Shown here: piece after piece, positions 45,810 to 56,242 of the stretch | Numbering within the stretch: the first letter of the stretch is position 1 | How the letters are laid out: each line of letters starts with the position of its first letter | Source of the DNA: an uncultured Candidatus Saccharibacteria bacterium | GTDB lineage: Bacteria; Patescibacteriota; Minisyncoccia; Phycocordibacterales; DATDWN01 | Assembly (NCBI GenBank): GCA_964616425.1 | Contig: CAZTQY010000002.1 | Coordinates: 2,910 to 66,909, forward strand | DNA: 64,000 nt | Direction: 5' to 3' | Program-made: the position numbers and the translations under genes | Notes under the pieces: generated by a model | Databases searched by the model: none | Seen by the model: the letters and a program-made list of their open reading frames with translations, nothing else | Told to the model about the DNA's origin: nothing

Positions 45810-47573
45810 ATGCAAAATAAAAATACAATAAAAACATCTTGGGATTTGAGTGTGTTTTACAAGGGTGAAAATGATCCAAAGATAGAGAAGGATATTAAAA
45901 AAGCAGAAAAAGCTATAGCTGACTTCGAAAAGAAGTACCGCAACAAAGACTTTACTTCTACACCAAAGAAGCTACTTGCTGCATTAAAGGATGACCAAGT
46001 CATAAATGATCTAGTATCAAAAGTTAAAGGTCCTTCATATTTTCATTATCGAACAGACTTGAATTCAGATGATTCTGTTGCACAGGCGATGTCTACAAAA
46101 ATTTCAAATAGACTGACATTGTCTATGAACAAGCTAGTATTTTTTGGTATCGCTATTTCAAAAATTCCAACAAAGGAGCATAAAAAGTTTTTGGCTGATA
46201 AAGAACTTGAACCATACAGATATTCACTTAAAAATATTTTTGAAAATGCAAAGCATGTTCTAACAGAAAAGGAGGAGCAGTTGGTTGGGCTACTTTCAAA
46301 TACAAGTTATGGAATGTGGGTGGATGGTCAGGACAAACTACTTTCTCAACAGGTTGTAGACTTTAACGGCAAGAAACTACCTATTGCAGAAGCTATGTCT
46401 GTTGTCTCTTCATTACCAAAAAAAGATAGACACGAACTGTCTGACAAAATAAGTACAACTCTAAAATCTATTAGCCATTTTGCGGAGGCTGAAATAAACG
46501 CTGTATATAACTTTAAAAAAGTTATGGATGAAAGGAGGGGATTCAAACAACCATACGATGGAACTTTTTTGAGTTATCAAAACGATGAAAAAACTATTTT
46601 GCTTTTGGTTGACGTTGTGACAAAAGGTTTCAAGATAAGTCAGCGTTTTTATCGTTTGCATGCAAAACTTTTGAAAGAAAAGAAGTTAGTAGTATCAGAC
46701 CGAAGTGTGAAAATAGGGGAGATTAACAAAAAATTTGATTTTGATGCTGCAGTTTCGCTGGTTGGAGAGGTGTTTGAAAAAGTTGGACCACAGTACAAGA
46801 AAATTTTTGACAAAATATTAGATGGACAGACAGATGTTTTTCCAAAGAAAGGTAAAACTGGAGGAGCATATTGTTCAGGTGGATATAACTCACCTACACT
46901 GGTTTTGCTCAACCACACCGATGATCTACGTTCACTTGAAACTCTAGCACACGAGATGGGCCATGCAGTTCACACAGAACTCGCAAAGTCTCAACCATCT
47001 TGGTATCAGGATTACTCTATGTCTACTGCAGAAGTTGCAAGTACTTTTTTTGAACAAGTTACACTTTCTGAAATTGAAAAACAACTGACTGATGATGAAA
47101 AAGTAATACTTCTTCATAACCAGCTTATGGGTGATGTCTCTACTATATTCAGACAAATAGCTTGTTTCAACTTTGAACTCGAGTTGCACCAGAGAATACG
47201 TGCAGAAGGACAGCTTTCAAAAGAAGATATGGCAAAACTTTTGCGAAAACACCTAGAGTCTTATCTTGGGGAAGCATTTAACGTGACAGATGATGATGGA
47301 TACTATTTTGTAAGCTGGTCACATATACGTAGATTTTTCTACGTTTACACATATGCCTATGGACAGTTAATAAGCCGAGCACTGTTTGAAAATTGGAAGA
47401 AAGATAAAAAGTATGCAGAGAAAATAGAAAAGTTTCTGTCTCTTGGTGGTTCTATGACACCAGAAGAAATATTTAAAAAAGTTGGAATTAATGTAAAAGA
47501 TCCGAAATTCTTTGAATCTGGCTTGAAAAGTATTGAAAAAGATATAGAAAAATTAGAAAAACTAACAAAATAG
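45810..47573 (+). CDS. pepF: Oligoendopeptidase F (M3B family)
   Basis: HEMGHAVH zinc motif, about 590 aa. Start at the internal Met 45810 (the track ORF from 45777 overlaps trhO). Confidence 0.75.
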   Translation: MQNKNTIKTSWDLSVFYKGENDPKIEKDIKKAEKAIADFEKKYRNKDFTSTPKKLLAALKDDQVINDLVSKVKGPSYFHYRTDLNSDDSVAQAMSTKISNRLTLSMNKLVFFGIAISKIPTKEHKKFLADKELEPYRYSLKNIFENAKHVLTEKEEQLVGLLSNTSYGMWVDGQDKLLSQQVVDFNGKKLPIAEAMSVVSSLPKKDRHELSDKISTTLKSISHFAEAEINAVYNFKKVMDERRGFKQPYDGTFLSYQNDEKTILLLVDVVTKGFKISQRFYRLHAKLLKEKKLVVSDRSVKIGEINKKFDFDAAVSLVGEVFEKVGPQYKKIFDKILDGQTDVFPKKGKTGGAYCSGGYNSPTLVLLNHTDDLRSLETLAHEMGHAVHTELAKSQPSWYQDYSMSTAEVASTFFEQVTLSEIEKQLTDDEKVILLHNQLMGDVSTIFRQIACFNFELELHQRIRAEGQLSKEDMAKLLRKHLESYLGEAFNVTDDDGYYFVSWSHIRRFFYVYTYAYGQLISRALFENWKKDKKYAEKIEKFLSLGGSMTPEEIFKKVGINVKDPKFFESGLKSIEKDIEKLEKLTK

Positions 47574-47631
47574 TTTAAAAATTATTTTGTTATGTTATAC
47601 TAGAATTAAATAAAATTATTTAATTCTGGTA

Positions 47632-48312
47632 ATGAAAAGATTTTTCTACTACACTCCAATTTTTCTCCAGAAAATCGCTTTTTTTGTTTTTGGATTTTTA
47701 TATAAAGTCTTTTTGAGGATTGAAATCAAGGGGAAAGAAAATCTACTTGGTTTAACTGGTCCAATAATTCTTGCGGCAAACCATACTAGTGAGCTAGATG
47801 TAACAGCAACACCTCTTTTGCTACCATTTTTCTCACCACTTCTACCTGTGTACTTTGTCTCAGCGCCAAAGGAGGCTTTTACAACTTTTGGTTGGAGAAA
47901 CTATATTTACGGTGGAGTTTTCTTTAATGTACTCGGTGGATACGCTATACATTCTGGTCACAAGGACTACTCCGTCTCCCTTACTGACCATTTGCAGTTG
48001 CTAAAGAAAGGTAGAACAGTTTATATTTTTCCGGAAGGCAAAAGGACTTTAGATGGAAATCTAAATCCTGCCAGAGGGGGGTTAGGATACTTGGCATTTG
48101 AATCAAAAGCTACAGTTGTTCCGATTGCAATTAACACTTTTCATGCGCTCAGCTGGAAAGTGTTTTTGTTAAGACAGAGGAAAGTGGTGATTGAAATTAT
48201 GAAACCAATAAAAGCAGAAGAGCTATTTGGAACTGACGAGCCAATAGTGGATGATTACCGTATGGCTTCACAAATCGTGATGGATAAGATTAGAGATAAT
48301 TTAAGCAGTTAA
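47632..48312 (+). CDS. plsC: 1-acyl-sn-glycerol-3-phosphate acyltransferase
   Basis: NHTSELD (HxxxxD) and FPEGKRT motifs. Confidence 0.8.
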   Translation: MKRFFYYTPIFLQKIAFFVFGFLYKVFLRIEIKGKENLLGLTGPIILAANHTSELDVTATPLLLPFFSPLLPVYFVSAPKEAFTTFGWRNYIYGGVFFNVLGGYAIHSGHKDYSVSLTDHLQLLKKGRTVYIFPEGKRTLDGNLNPARGGLGYLAFESKATVVPIAINTFHALSWKVFLLRQRKVVIEIMKPIKAEELFGTDEPIVDDYRMASQIVMDKIRDNLSS

Positions 48313-48315
48313 TTT

Positions 48316-49470
48316 ATGAAATCATTTAAAAATTTTATTTTAGATTTGTTTTTTATTTTGAAAGGATTTTTTAAAAAAAAGGAAATCCAGGAGTATAAGT
48401 TTGCATTTATTGTTCATTCTAGAAATTATCATGATATTTTTAGAAAATTCCCAGGTTTTAAATGGGTTCCCAAAAAAATAGTTCTATTTATTATGAAACA
48501 TATGTGGCCAATTACATTGTCAAAAGTTACTGGCGTAAAATCTATTGAGACAGGAAAAGATATAGGGGGATATGTCTTGGGTATAACGATGACAGCTGAT
48601 CAAATGCTGAAAAATCGTGAATATGCACTGAAAAAGATCAGGCAATCTCTGTATCTGGCAAAGGGAAGAGGTGTAAAAATCGTAGGTTTAGGAGGTCTAA
48701 CGTCATCTATGTCAAAAGGCGGTCTAGATCTACTTGATATTCCTATAAATATAACAACGGGACATGCATATACTGCATATAATGTAACTCAGAATCTCGA
48801 GAAGATTGCGGAGATTTTCGGTATTCCAAAGAAACAAATCAAGGTGGCTATCGTTGGAGCTGCGGGTTCTGTGGGTTCAATGTCTTCAAACCTATTGGCT
48901 AGATCTGGATATGGATCAATTGTTTTGATTGATTTGAAAAGAAAACATGAGGCTTTTGTTGAGTTGAAAGAGCAAATGATAAAGTTAAACCCAGAAATTA
49001 ATGTTACTTTTTCTGATAGCATAGTGGATATTAAAGGATGCGATTTTGTTGTTACTGCCACAAACACAGCGGAAGCTTTAGTAACGAACGATATAGTAGA
49101 AGATGGAATGGTTATTATAGATGATGCACAGCCTTCAGATATACACTCTGATGTTTTGAAAATGGAAAACGTATTAGTGTTAGAAGCTGGTGTTGTTCAT
49201 ACACCAAACATAAACAGTAACTTTAACTATGGATTGAAAAATCGGACAGATAATTTTTGTTGTATGGCGGAGTTGCTAATACTCGCGAGTATGGAATGGG
49301 ACAAGCACTATGTTATAAACAGAGCAACTCTTGAAAATATTGACCACATATCTAAACTTGGTGAGCAGTTAGAATTTAATCTTGCTTCGTTCCAAAACTT
49401 TCAAGAATCCATATCACATGATAAAATTGAACATGTAAAGAAGATTGCTCAAAAAAAACATGGCATTTAA
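48316..49470 (+). CDS. Acyl-ACP reductase (AAR)-like NAD(P)-binding protein
   Basis: GLGGLTS...TTGHAYTAY...VAIVGAAGSVGS resembles the cyanobacterial AAR core ALGGFTS...TTGNTHTAY...VAVVGATGDIGS (comparison made from memory). Confidence 0.45.
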   Translation: MKSFKNFILDLFFILKGFFKKKEIQEYKFAFIVHSRNYHDIFRKFPGFKWVPKKIVLFIMKHMWPITLSKVTGVKSIETGKDIGGYVLGITMTADQMLKNREYALKKIRQSLYLAKGRGVKIVGLGGLTSSMSKGGLDLLDIPINITTGHAYTAYNVTQNLEKIAEIFGIPKKQIKVAIVGAAGSVGSMSSNLLARSGYGSIVLIDLKRKHEAFVELKEQMIKLNPEINVTFSDSIVDIKGCDFVVTATNTAEALVTNDIVEDGMVIIDDAQPSDIHSDVLKMENVLVLEAGVVHTPNINSNFNYGLKNRTDNFCCMAELLILASMEWDKHYVINRATLENIDHISKLGEQLEFNLASFQNFQESISHDKIEHVKKIAQKKHGI

Positions 49471-51052
49471 TTTTGATTTAATTAATATTTTTATCCTGCT
49501 CGTTATCGTTTCAAATTCTATTTTAGGGTTATTTATTTATTTGAGTAATAGAAAAGAACCCGTAAATATAAATTTCTTTATATTTTCTATTACAGCCACA
49601 ATGTGGGGTGTAACAATGTTCTTATTTAGAAGTTTTCCTGAGTTCAACAGTGATGGATTTTTTGCTCGAATTTTATATGCGAGTGCTGCCACTATCCCAT
49701 TTGTATTTCTGTATTTCATTAGATTTTTTCCTACAAGTAGGTTTGGTATGACCAGAATAAAAATTCAGCTACTTTCCGTGCCTTTTCTAATAGTTTTTTC
49801 ACTTGCTCTATTGCCAAACATGTTGATAGTTTCTAGCTATCAGCCAGTGGTTGGAGAACCTATAATAGTATTCAATAAACTATTTCATACTTTTTATGCA
49901 CTATATATAACTAGCTACTTTTCAATCTGTTACTTTCTTTTATTTTACAAATATTATAAGTCAGAAGGTATTGAAAAAATTCAATTAGCATATGTTATTA
50001 CTGGAACTCTAGTAGCAACAATGATTGGTGTATCTACCAATCTAATTTTCCCGTACTTTGGTGATTTCAAATTTAATTGGATGGGACAAATTGGAGTTAT
50101 TTCAATGATTGGAGCTATAGCATATTCAATAATGAAACATAAGTTGTTTAACATGAAAGTTCTTGCAACCCAGTTTACTGTAGTTATTCTTTGTATTTCA
50201 TTATTCACAAAAGTTCTGTTTTCTGTTGATCAGAAAGATTTTATTATCAATATTATAATCCTAATCATTACTGGAATTATTGGTCTGTTTCTTATTAGGA
50301 GTGTTATTGGTGAAGTGCGTCAGAGAGAACAGATTGAAAAATTGGCAGATGATCTAAGGATCGCAAATCAAGGCCAATCCAGTATTATGCATTTTATGAA
50401 CCATCAGGTTAAAGGTAGGCTGGGGAATATAAAAAATATTTTTGCTGAACTAATGACTGATGACTATGGTCAAATGCCTCCAGACTCTAAACCTCTATTG
50501 AACAAAGGCTTAGATGAAGCAGATATTGGAGTGAATTATGTGCAAAATATTCTGAAGGGGGCTTCTGCTGAAAATGGAACTTTACCATATGATATGAAAT
50601 TGATGGACTTTAAGTCAGTGGTCACTGATGCGTTTGAAAAACAGAGAGATCGTGCTGAAAGTCGTGGATTAAAATTTAATCTTGCAGTTTCAGAAGGGGA
50701 CTATTCAATGACTGGAGATTCGTTGCAGTTAGGAGAATCGATTAGAAATCTGATAGATAATTCCATAAACTATACACAAGAAGGAGAGATAAATCTTCAG
50801 CTATCCGTTTCTGACAATAAGATAAGATTGGCAATAAAAGATACGGGTGTTGGGCTTTCTCCAGAAGATAAAGCCAAATTATTTAAATCTGGTGGACGTG
50901 GTGATGAATCAATAAAGATTAATATAAACTCAACAGGGTACGGGCTAGTTTTTGTAAAAGGAGTAGTGGAGTCACACAAAGGTAAAGTTTGGGCAGAGTC
51001 AGACGGCCGTGGAAAAGGATCTGTGTTTATAGTAGAAATACCAAAAAGTTAG
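49445..51052 (+). CDS. Membrane sensor histidine kinase (multi-TM N-terminus, HATPase_c C-terminus)
   Basis: Eight or more hydrophobic segments, an H-box region IMHFMNHQVKGRL, and N/G1/G2 boxes (DTGVGLS, GYGLVFVKG). Confidence 0.7.
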   Translation: MLKKNMAFNFDLINIFILLVIVSNSILGLFIYLSNRKEPVNINFFIFSITATMWGVTMFLFRSFPEFNSDGFFARILYASAATIPFVFLYFIRFFPTSRFGMTRIKIQLLSVPFLIVFSLALLPNMLIVSSYQPVVGEPIIVFNKLFHTFYALYITSYFSICYFLLFYKYYKSEGIEKIQLAYVITGTLVATMIGVSTNLIFPYFGDFKFNWMGQIGVISMIGAIAYSIMKHKLFNMKVLATQFTVVILCISLFTKVLFSVDQKDFIINIIILIITGIIGLFLIRSVIGEVRQREQIEKLADDLRIANQGQSSIMHFMNHQVKGRLGNIKNIFAELMTDDYGQMPPDSKPLLNKGLDEADIGVNYVQNILKGASAENGTLPYDMKLMDFKSVVTDAFEKQRDRAESRGLKFNLAVSEGDYSMTGDSLQLGESIRNLIDNSINYTQEGEINLQLSVSDNKIRLAIKDTGVGLSPEDKAKLFKSGGRGDESIKININSTGYGLVFVKGVVESHKGKVWAESDGRGKGSVFIVEIPKS

Positions 51053-51699
51053 ATATTGTAAATAAATAGTTTTTTAACTAATTTATCGCTATCCTTTCCT
51101 ACAACTATAATTTCGTCTGCTTTTCGATCGGCGCATTCAAAATCACAAGAAATAATTCTTTTTGGAGTATTCGAGTTTTTGATTATCTGGGGTATTAAAT
51201 TTGAGACAGCATTCGGAAAGAGATATAAAAAAATGTGAGTTGCGTCCTGAGTATCTGTTTTAAAGATATTTTCTCTTTGTATGTGAATATTTTTGTATTT
51301 TCTGGTATTAAATTTTGCTATTAGAAATGGTAAAAAAGCCACTTCTATTCCAACGGCTTTTATATTAGGAAATTGCTTTACTGCTTGTATTAAAATTCTT
51401 CCATCTCCACAGCCTAGATCATATAGAACGCTATTTTCTGATAGCTTCAAACCATCAGTAATTAAATTTAATTTTTCATTTGCGATGCTCACAAATGGTG
51501 CGTCTGTCGTAAATATCGCTAAGATTTGAATTGACAGTAGAAAAATAATAATGGATAGGACTGCGAGTGAAGATAGCAGTATTAGGATGTAAGCAAAAAT
51601 CATTAGTAAAATATATATGATGTAGTGAGTATTTACAATTATGATAGTATACAAATATGTCACAAGAATCAGTTTGGGATAGGGAATACAGGAATTCAA
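51049..51699 (-). CDS. Class I SAM-dependent methyltransferase with an N-terminal TM
   Basis: VLYDLGCGDGRIL motif I. The annotated start overlaps the divergent neighbour by 43 nt, so the real start may be the internal Met near 51603. Confidence 0.6.
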   Translation of the reverse strand: MNSCIPYPKLILVTYLYTIIIVNTHYIIYILLMIFAYILILLSSLAVLSIIIFLLSIQILAIFTTDAPFVSIANEKLNLITDGLKLSENSVLYDLGCGDGRILIQAVKQFPNIKAVGIEVAFLPFLIAKFNTRKYKNIHIQRENIFKTDTQDATHIFLYLFPNAVSNLIPQIIKNSNTPKRIISCDFECADRKADEIIVVGKDSDKLVKKLFIYNI

Positions 51700-52355
51700 A
51701 ATTTCTCACAAAGGAAAACAAACCTCAGTCGGACGTGGTTCGTTTTGTGCAGTTTCTTAGAAAAGATCAGAAATTAGTAACAGAAGCACTAAAAGTTTTA
51801 GATCTTGGTTCTGGAGCAGGTAGAAATAGCTTTTATTTTGCTGATATGGGGAATATGGTCACAGGTTTAGAAATTTCTAAAACAGCAGTTGGTATTGCAG
51901 ATCAATATGCAAAAGATGCGGGACTGAACATAAGCTATGTTAAGCAAAGTATAGGGGATGAGTTTCCGTGCGAGGACAACTCTATCGATATTGCTCTCGA
52001 CATAACATCATCTAACTCTCTTACCGAGAAAGAACGTGAGGTTTTTCTTTCTGAAACAAATCGAGTCTTAAAAAATGGCGGGTATTTTTTTACAAAAGCT
52101 CTGTGCAAAGAAGGAGATGAAAACGCGAAATATTTGATAAAAAATAACCCTGGCAAAGAAAAAGATACATACATAATGCCTGAAGTAGGTGTAACTGAGA
52201 GAGTTTGGACAAAAGAAGATTTTGTTTCAACGTATGAAAAGTATTTTGAAATTATTTTTATAGATAAGAAAACTAGTTATTCAAAAATAAAAGGACGTTC
52301 CTATAAACGTAACTTTTGGATCGTGTATATGAAAAAGCGAGCGGCCGGGAACTAG
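51657..52355 (+). CDS. Class I SAM-dependent methyltransferase (TehB/TPMT-like)
   Basis: VLDLGSGAGRNSFYFA motif I. Confidence 0.65.
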   Translation: MSQESVWDREYRNSKFLTKENKPQSDVVRFVQFLRKDQKLVTEALKVLDLGSGAGRNSFYFADMGNMVTGLEISKTAVGIADQYAKDAGLNISYVKQSIGDEFPCEDNSIDIALDITSSNSLTEKEREVFLSETNRVLKNGGYFFTKALCKEGDENAKYLIKNNPGKEKDTYIMPEVGVTERVWTKEDFVSTYEKYFEIIFIDKKTSYSKIKGRSYKRNFWIVYMKKRAAGN

Positions 52356-52371
52356 TCCCAACCGCCCACTA

Positions 52372-53097
52372 CTATCGCTTTGAAATCCATCTCAGAATCT
52401 GGGTTGCTACCCAGGGGGCTTGCCATGACGCGAGCGTCAGATGGCCAACGTTCTTGAGTTCGATGATTTCAGCTTGCTGACCTGCTGAAAGCATTTTTCT
52501 CCCAAGCTTCCACTGAGCTTTGCAGTTGATCCACCTGTCCTGGTCACCAAACACGTGAAGAGTCGGATAGTTGTATCCGTGGAAGACTGGAGGAACAAAA
52601 GCAAGTGTTCTGGCTTCATTGCCCGAGATCATGGTTCTGTGTCTCACGGCTCTTTCGATGTTGCTGTGAATTCCAGGTTCCACGAGTACTCGATATTCGT
52701 GCTCGGTTGTTCGAATCATCCTGCCGAGCATGAGGTCAGAAACTCGACCCCTCATAACTTTCCAAAGGGTTTCAGTCATGTACTGGATGCCCCATGGCAT
52801 AGCCGGTGAGAGCATCACGACTCCAGCAAGTGGTCGTCTCAGTTGATGCAGTCTTTCGGCTACAATACGCACAGCGCTGCCGCCAGCAGACTGACCAACC
52901 AAGAAGACGGCTTCCGAACCAGTGACATGACTGTAGTACGCGTCAAGTACCAATCTAACACGATCTTCGTGTGTTACGACACTAGAAGTGTCGATAACCA
53001 CAACCTCGTGGTCGGCACTCAACAGTTTCCTTTTCAAGAAATCGAACGTAACTTCCGGATGGCCTCCAAGACCATCCACACAAATTACAGTGGCCAT
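52372..53097 (-). CDS. Alpha/beta-hydrolase (esterase/lipase-like), GC-rich
   Basis: GQSAG nucleophile elbow, about 55% GC. Confidence 0.6.
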   Translation of the reverse strand: MATVICVDGLGGHPEVTFDFLKRKLLSADHEVVVIDTSSVVTHEDRVRLVLDAYYSHVTGSEAVFLVGQSAGGSAVRIVAERLHQLRRPLAGVVMLSPAMPWGIQYMTETLWKVMRGRVSDLMLGRMIRTTEHEYRVLVEPGIHSNIERAVRHRTMISGNEARTLAFVPPVFHGYNYPTLHVFGDQDRWINCKAQWKLGRKMLSAGQQAEIIELKNVGHLTLASWQAPWVATQILRWISKR

Positions 53098-53332
53098 GAA
53101 GGCCCTCCTTCTATTTTTACTATTACATTAATTATAGTGTGAGTCAATACTTGACTAAATACTGATATCTGTTAAAGTCATGACTAATGACAAATATTGG
53201 TAACCAACTGAATATTGGAGGAAAAGGCCGAACAGGTTTTGTTTCTTCTGTTGTATCTAAAAAAACACCAGCAGCATATGCGGGTGGGTTACGCTGTATT
53301 TCTAGAACTTAATCAAAAGCGATTGAGTCCTA

Positions 53333-53360
53333 AAAATGCCGCGTTACGCGGCATTTTTAG
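53333..53360. terminator. Bidirectional terminator hairpin
   Basis: aaaaatgccgcg-ttac-cgcggcattttt. Confidence 0.6.
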
Positions 53361-53404
53361 TTCTTTGGGTTCTTTAATAACATAAGTTTGCACAAGGAGG
53401 ACGC

Positions 53405-55186
53405 ATGACCGAGTTGGACCGTAAAAGCCCATTTCTGTACCTGTTTGGTAAGATGTGGGAGTACTCTGCAGGAGACCGAATCAAGGTTGTTCTGTACGTT
53501 AGCCTGGCAATTGTAAGTGAGATTGTGAACACATTCTGGGCTCCACTTGTCATGGCACGGATCATGAATATTGTAAGCACAGAAGGTATCACTGAGACAA
53601 GCACTCATCAGTTGATACTTCTCACATTACTCTTCCCGGTCGGTACTATGATTGTTTGGCTTTTTCATGGACCATCACGGTACATTGAAAACATCAATGC
53701 ATTCATGGCCAAAGTACGCTACCGGGAACATCAACTCAAAGGTGTCATGGGTATGCCACTTGAGTGGCATACTGAGCGACACACTGGTAATGTTCTCGAT
53801 CGGATCGAGAAGGGCGCGATGTCTATTTTTGATTTTTCATCAGAGACATCGCAATTCCTAAAGCCGATCATCAAGCTCATTGGTTGTTTTGGTGGTGTGG
53901 TTTACTTTAGCAACATTTCAGCAGTCGTTGTGATTGCGATCATGGTGATTGGAGTAGCTATTACGATCAAGATCGACACAGTGTGTGCTCCGCTCATCAA
54001 AGAGCTTAGTAGACAGGAGAATGTATTGTCCGAAGGTGTCCATGACGCAATCAACAACATCTCGACTGTCATTACGCTCCGCGTAGAGAAGCCAGTATTC
54101 ACTTCACTCATGCATAAAATCATGAGCCCACTTTCAGTGTTCAAAAAAAACGCGGCACTGAATGAGATCAAATGGTTCCTGACGAGTATGTGTTGTGCAG
54201 TCATGACTGTTCTTGTCTACTGTGTGTACTTCTTTCAACACGAAAGTGTTGCAACGAAGGTGTCAGTTGGGAGCTTTTTCCTGGTTGTCAGTTATCTCGA
54301 CAAGATCAGTGAACTGTTTTATCAGTTTACCGACCTCTACGGGTGGACGATCCGGCGAAAGTTTCGGCTGCAAAATGGCGACGAGCTCGCTGCTGAGTTT
54401 ACAGAGCGGAGTTTTGTTGACCACGTATTGCCCGAACACTGGAAAGTGTTGCAAGTAAGAGACCTGAGTTTCTCCTACGGGATGGTAAACGATCGACAAC
54501 TGCAACAACTCGACGATGTATCATGTGATATTTTCCGCAAAGAAAATATTGCCATCGTTGGGCGCAGTGGGGGTGGCAAAACTACCTTCCTCAGTATTCT
54601 GCGGAATATTTTCTTTCCACAGAAAGGTACAGTCCTGGTAGACGGGGAAGAGATTCTCACAGGGTTTGGTGGTATCAGTGAAGCAATTGGACTTGTTCAG
54701 CAGGATCCTCAGATCTTTGAGCGTACTATTCGCGAGAATATTACGCTCGGGGCTGAGTATTCAGATGAGCTTATCCAACACTACGCCAAGATCGCACTCT
54801 TTGCTCATGTTGTTGAAGCGTTCCCTAAAAAGTACGATTCAATGATCAAGGAGCAGGGTGTAAATCTGTCAGGAGGCGAAATCCAGCGTCTTGCACTCAC
54901 GAGGGCACTCCTCGCAAGTCACGACAAAGACATCGTCCTCCTCGACGAGCCGACAAGCAGTTTGGATCCTGCTACTGCACCGGGTGTGCTCAGAAACATC
55001 ATCCAGCAGTTTCAGGATAAGACTATCATTGCATCGATCCATTCGATGCAACTGCTTCCACTCTTTGATCGAGTCTTTGTTTTCGACAAAGGCAAGATCG
55101 TTGGGATGGGGACACCGTCGGAGTTGCTCGCAAACTGTCCAAAGTTCATTGAACTGTGGGAGGAACAGTTTATACCTACGAGGTAG
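53405..55186 (+). CDS. Fused ABC exporter (TMD plus NBD, ABCB/MsbA-like), GC-enriched
   Basis: Six TM helices, then GRSGGGKTT Walker A, LSGGEIQR signature, LLDEPTSSLD Walker B. AAGGAGG SD upstream. Confidence 0.85.
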   Translation: MTELDRKSPFLYLFGKMWEYSAGDRIKVVLYVSLAIVSEIVNTFWAPLVMARIMNIVSTEGITETSTHQLILLTLLFPVGTMIVWLFHGPSRYIENINAFMAKVRYREHQLKGVMGMPLEWHTERHTGNVLDRIEKGAMSIFDFSSETSQFLKPIIKLIGCFGGVVYFSNISAVVVIAIMVIGVAITIKIDTVCAPLIKELSRQENVLSEGVHDAINNISTVITLRVEKPVFTSLMHKIMSPLSVFKKNAALNEIKWFLTSMCCAVMTVLVYCVYFFQHESVATKVSVGSFFLVVSYLDKISELFYQFTDLYGWTIRRKFRLQNGDELAAEFTERSFVDHVLPEHWKVLQVRDLSFSYGMVNDRQLQQLDDVSCDIFRKENIAIVGRSGGGKTTFLSILRNIFFPQKGTVLVDGEEILTGFGGISEAIGLVQQDPQIFERTIRENITLGAEYSDELIQHYAKIALFAHVVEAFPKKYDSMIKEQGVNLSGGEIQRLALTRALLASHDKDIVLLDEPTSSLDPATAPGVLRNIIQQFQDKTIIASIHSMQLLPLFDRVFVFDKGKIVGMGTPSELLANCPKFIELWEEQFIPTR

Positions 55187-55195
55187 TTTTTAAAG

Positions 55196-55227
55196 ACCCC
55201 GCATCGAAAGATGCGGGGTTTCTCTTT
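55196..55227 (+). terminator. Intrinsic terminator after the ABC exporter
   Basis: accccgcatc-gaaa-gatgcggggt-ttctcttt. Confidence 0.65.
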
Positions 55228-55254
55228 ATACAAAAGATTTGCTAAAATACTTTT

Positions 55255-56235
55255 ATGACTAAAAAAACATTACTTTCTGGAGTAAAACCTACAGGACGGC
55301 CACATATTGGAAACTATTTTGGCGCTATGAAGCAGTTTGTTGATATGCAGGATGAATACAATGCTATTTATATGATAGCCGACTATCACGCACTTAACTT
55401 TATCCAAAATAAAGAAGAATTAAACAAAGCAATAATTGACCTAACTATTGATTATCTAGCTCTGGGATTAGACCCAAAGAAATCTATTATTTTCAAGCAG
55501 TCAGATGTAATGGAACATACAGAACTTACATGGATTTTCGATACTATAACAACAATGCCTTATTTAGAGCGTGCACATGCATACAAAGATGCAGAGGCAA
55601 AAGACAAGGAAATAACAGTTGGTACTTTTAATTACCCAATGCTAATGGCTTCAGATATTCTTTTGTACGATACTGATGCTGTACCAGTTGGTCAGGATCA
55701 GAAACAACATGTTGAATACGCTCGAGATACTGCACAAAAATTTAATTTTACATTTGGAAAAGAAGTTTTTAAACTTCCTGAGTCAAAGATTTTATCAGAA
55801 GTTGCAGTTGTGCCTGGACTAGATGGTCAGAAAATGAGTAAAAGTTATGGAAACACAATTCCGCTTTTTGCTACATTGGATGAAATCACAAAAGCAGTGA
55901 TGTCTATTCCTACTGACTCAAAACCAATGAATGAATCTCGTAATGCAGATGAGGATAATGTTTATAAACTACACAAACTATTTTCAAAACCAGAAGACTT
56001 GTATGTTTTACATGAGAGATATGCAAAAGGTGAAATAGGACACAAAGAATCTAAAGAAATATTGATAAAAAATATAGATGCATTTATTTCACCACTACGT
56101 GAAAAGAGAGAGCAAATTGCTCATGATATCGACTATGTTCTAGATGTTCTGAAAGACGGTGGTAAACGTGCAAAAGCAAAAGCTGAAAAGAAAATGGAAG
56201 CAGTGCGCGAGGCTATTGGAGTGAAATTATATTAG
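55255..56235 (+). CDS. trpS: Tryptophanyl-tRNA synthetase
   Basis: TGRPHIGN (HIGH) and KMSKS motifs, 326 aa. Confidence 0.9.
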   Translation: MTKKTLLSGVKPTGRPHIGNYFGAMKQFVDMQDEYNAIYMIADYHALNFIQNKEELNKAIIDLTIDYLALGLDPKKSIIFKQSDVMEHTELTWIFDTITTMPYLERAHAYKDAEAKDKEITVGTFNYPMLMASDILLYDTDAVPVGQDQKQHVEYARDTAQKFNFTFGKEVFKLPESKILSEVAVVPGLDGQKMSKSYGNTIPLFATLDEITKAVMSIPTDSKPMNESRNADEDNVYKLHKLFSKPEDLYVLHERYAKGEIGHKESKEILIKNIDAFISPLREKREQIAHDIDYVLDVLKDGGKRAKAKAEKKMEAVREAIGVKLY

Positions 56236-56242
56236 AAATATA

